Source: Phoronis australis (taxonomy: Eukaryota > Animalia > Phoronida). From it: a stretch of 64,000 bases of DNA. Shown here in pieces: positions 63,587 to 64,000 of the stretch. Position 1 is the stretch's first letter, and every line of letters starts with the position of its first letter. The translations under genes were made by a program, and so were the position numbers. The notes beneath the pieces are model-generated. The model ran no database searches. It was given only the letters and a program-made list of their open reading frames with translations, and was not told the DNA's origin. The stretch lies in contig NMRA01000794.1 of the NCBI GenBank assembly GCA_002633005.1, forward strand, positions 58,224 to 122,223. The letters run 5' to 3'.

Positions 63587-64000
63587 TGGTGGGTTTTCAA
63601 CACGGAGTGTAGAATGAAGGGCGAGCTGCGAGATCCAAACAGTACGGACTTGAATCGGTACACCTGAAATGGGCTTTCAGGGTCAGATGGGTCGCTGAGC
63701 CACAGGAACTTGGTGTAATCACGGTCATCTTCGTGAAGTCGTACGTTGAGAAAGGCCTTCTCAATGTCGCTGGAGAGTGCGATGGGGTGAGAGCGGAACC
63801 TCAGCAAAATGGGTAGCAGGTCATTCATGAGTGGAGGTCCAACTTCTAAGCAGTCATTCAGGCTGGGGTGTTCCTTGGAAGAACAGCTGCAGTCATAGAC
63901 GATTCGGATGGGCGTGGTAACACTGTCTTTCTTCACGCAATGGTGTGGAATATAATGACCTTCCGAAGGGTTGTGTCGGGGTACCATTTCGATGAAATCT
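63587..64000 (-). mobile_element. BEL/Pao LTR retrotransposon RT fragment (open frame, runs off right edge)
   Basis: HYIPHHCVKKDSVTTPIRIVYDCS..SLNDCLEVGPPLMNDLLPILLRFR..IALSSDIEKAFL.V.L...DRDY.KFLW..YRFKSVLFG..SSPFIL, diagnostic of BEL/Pao RT. Confidence 0.92.

Overview
AT-rich metazoan genomic DNA with spliceosomal GT-AG genes, probably from a marine invertebrate such as a deuterostome (inference from gene and repeat content only). I assembled two minus-strand host genes by hand from splice sites and reading-frame phase. (1) A CUB-domain gene: four exons encoding two CUB domains, continuing off the left edge. (2) A 16-exon animal heme peroxidase of about 840 aa (30475-52990), with catalytic, heme-linking and Ca-binding residues intact. 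Its first two recognisable coding exons encode a 10-cysteine three-finger (Ly6/uPAR/activin-receptor-ectodomain-like) domain, an architecture I do not recognise and the main finding. The rest is a dense transposon landscape: a Kolobok-type element (19-bp TIRs, TTAA TSD, THAP plus KolX-like ORFs) spanning an assembly gap; a TA-flanked Tc1/mariner-type MITE nested in a larger motif-rich element; Tc1, Penelope, LINE, Tx1/L1, Gypsy and BEL/Pao remnants; a MITE family; and mini/microsatellites. The palindrome TACATGTA is strongly over-represented and in several places looks like a 6-bp insertion. No rRNA, tRNA or CRISPR array was found.
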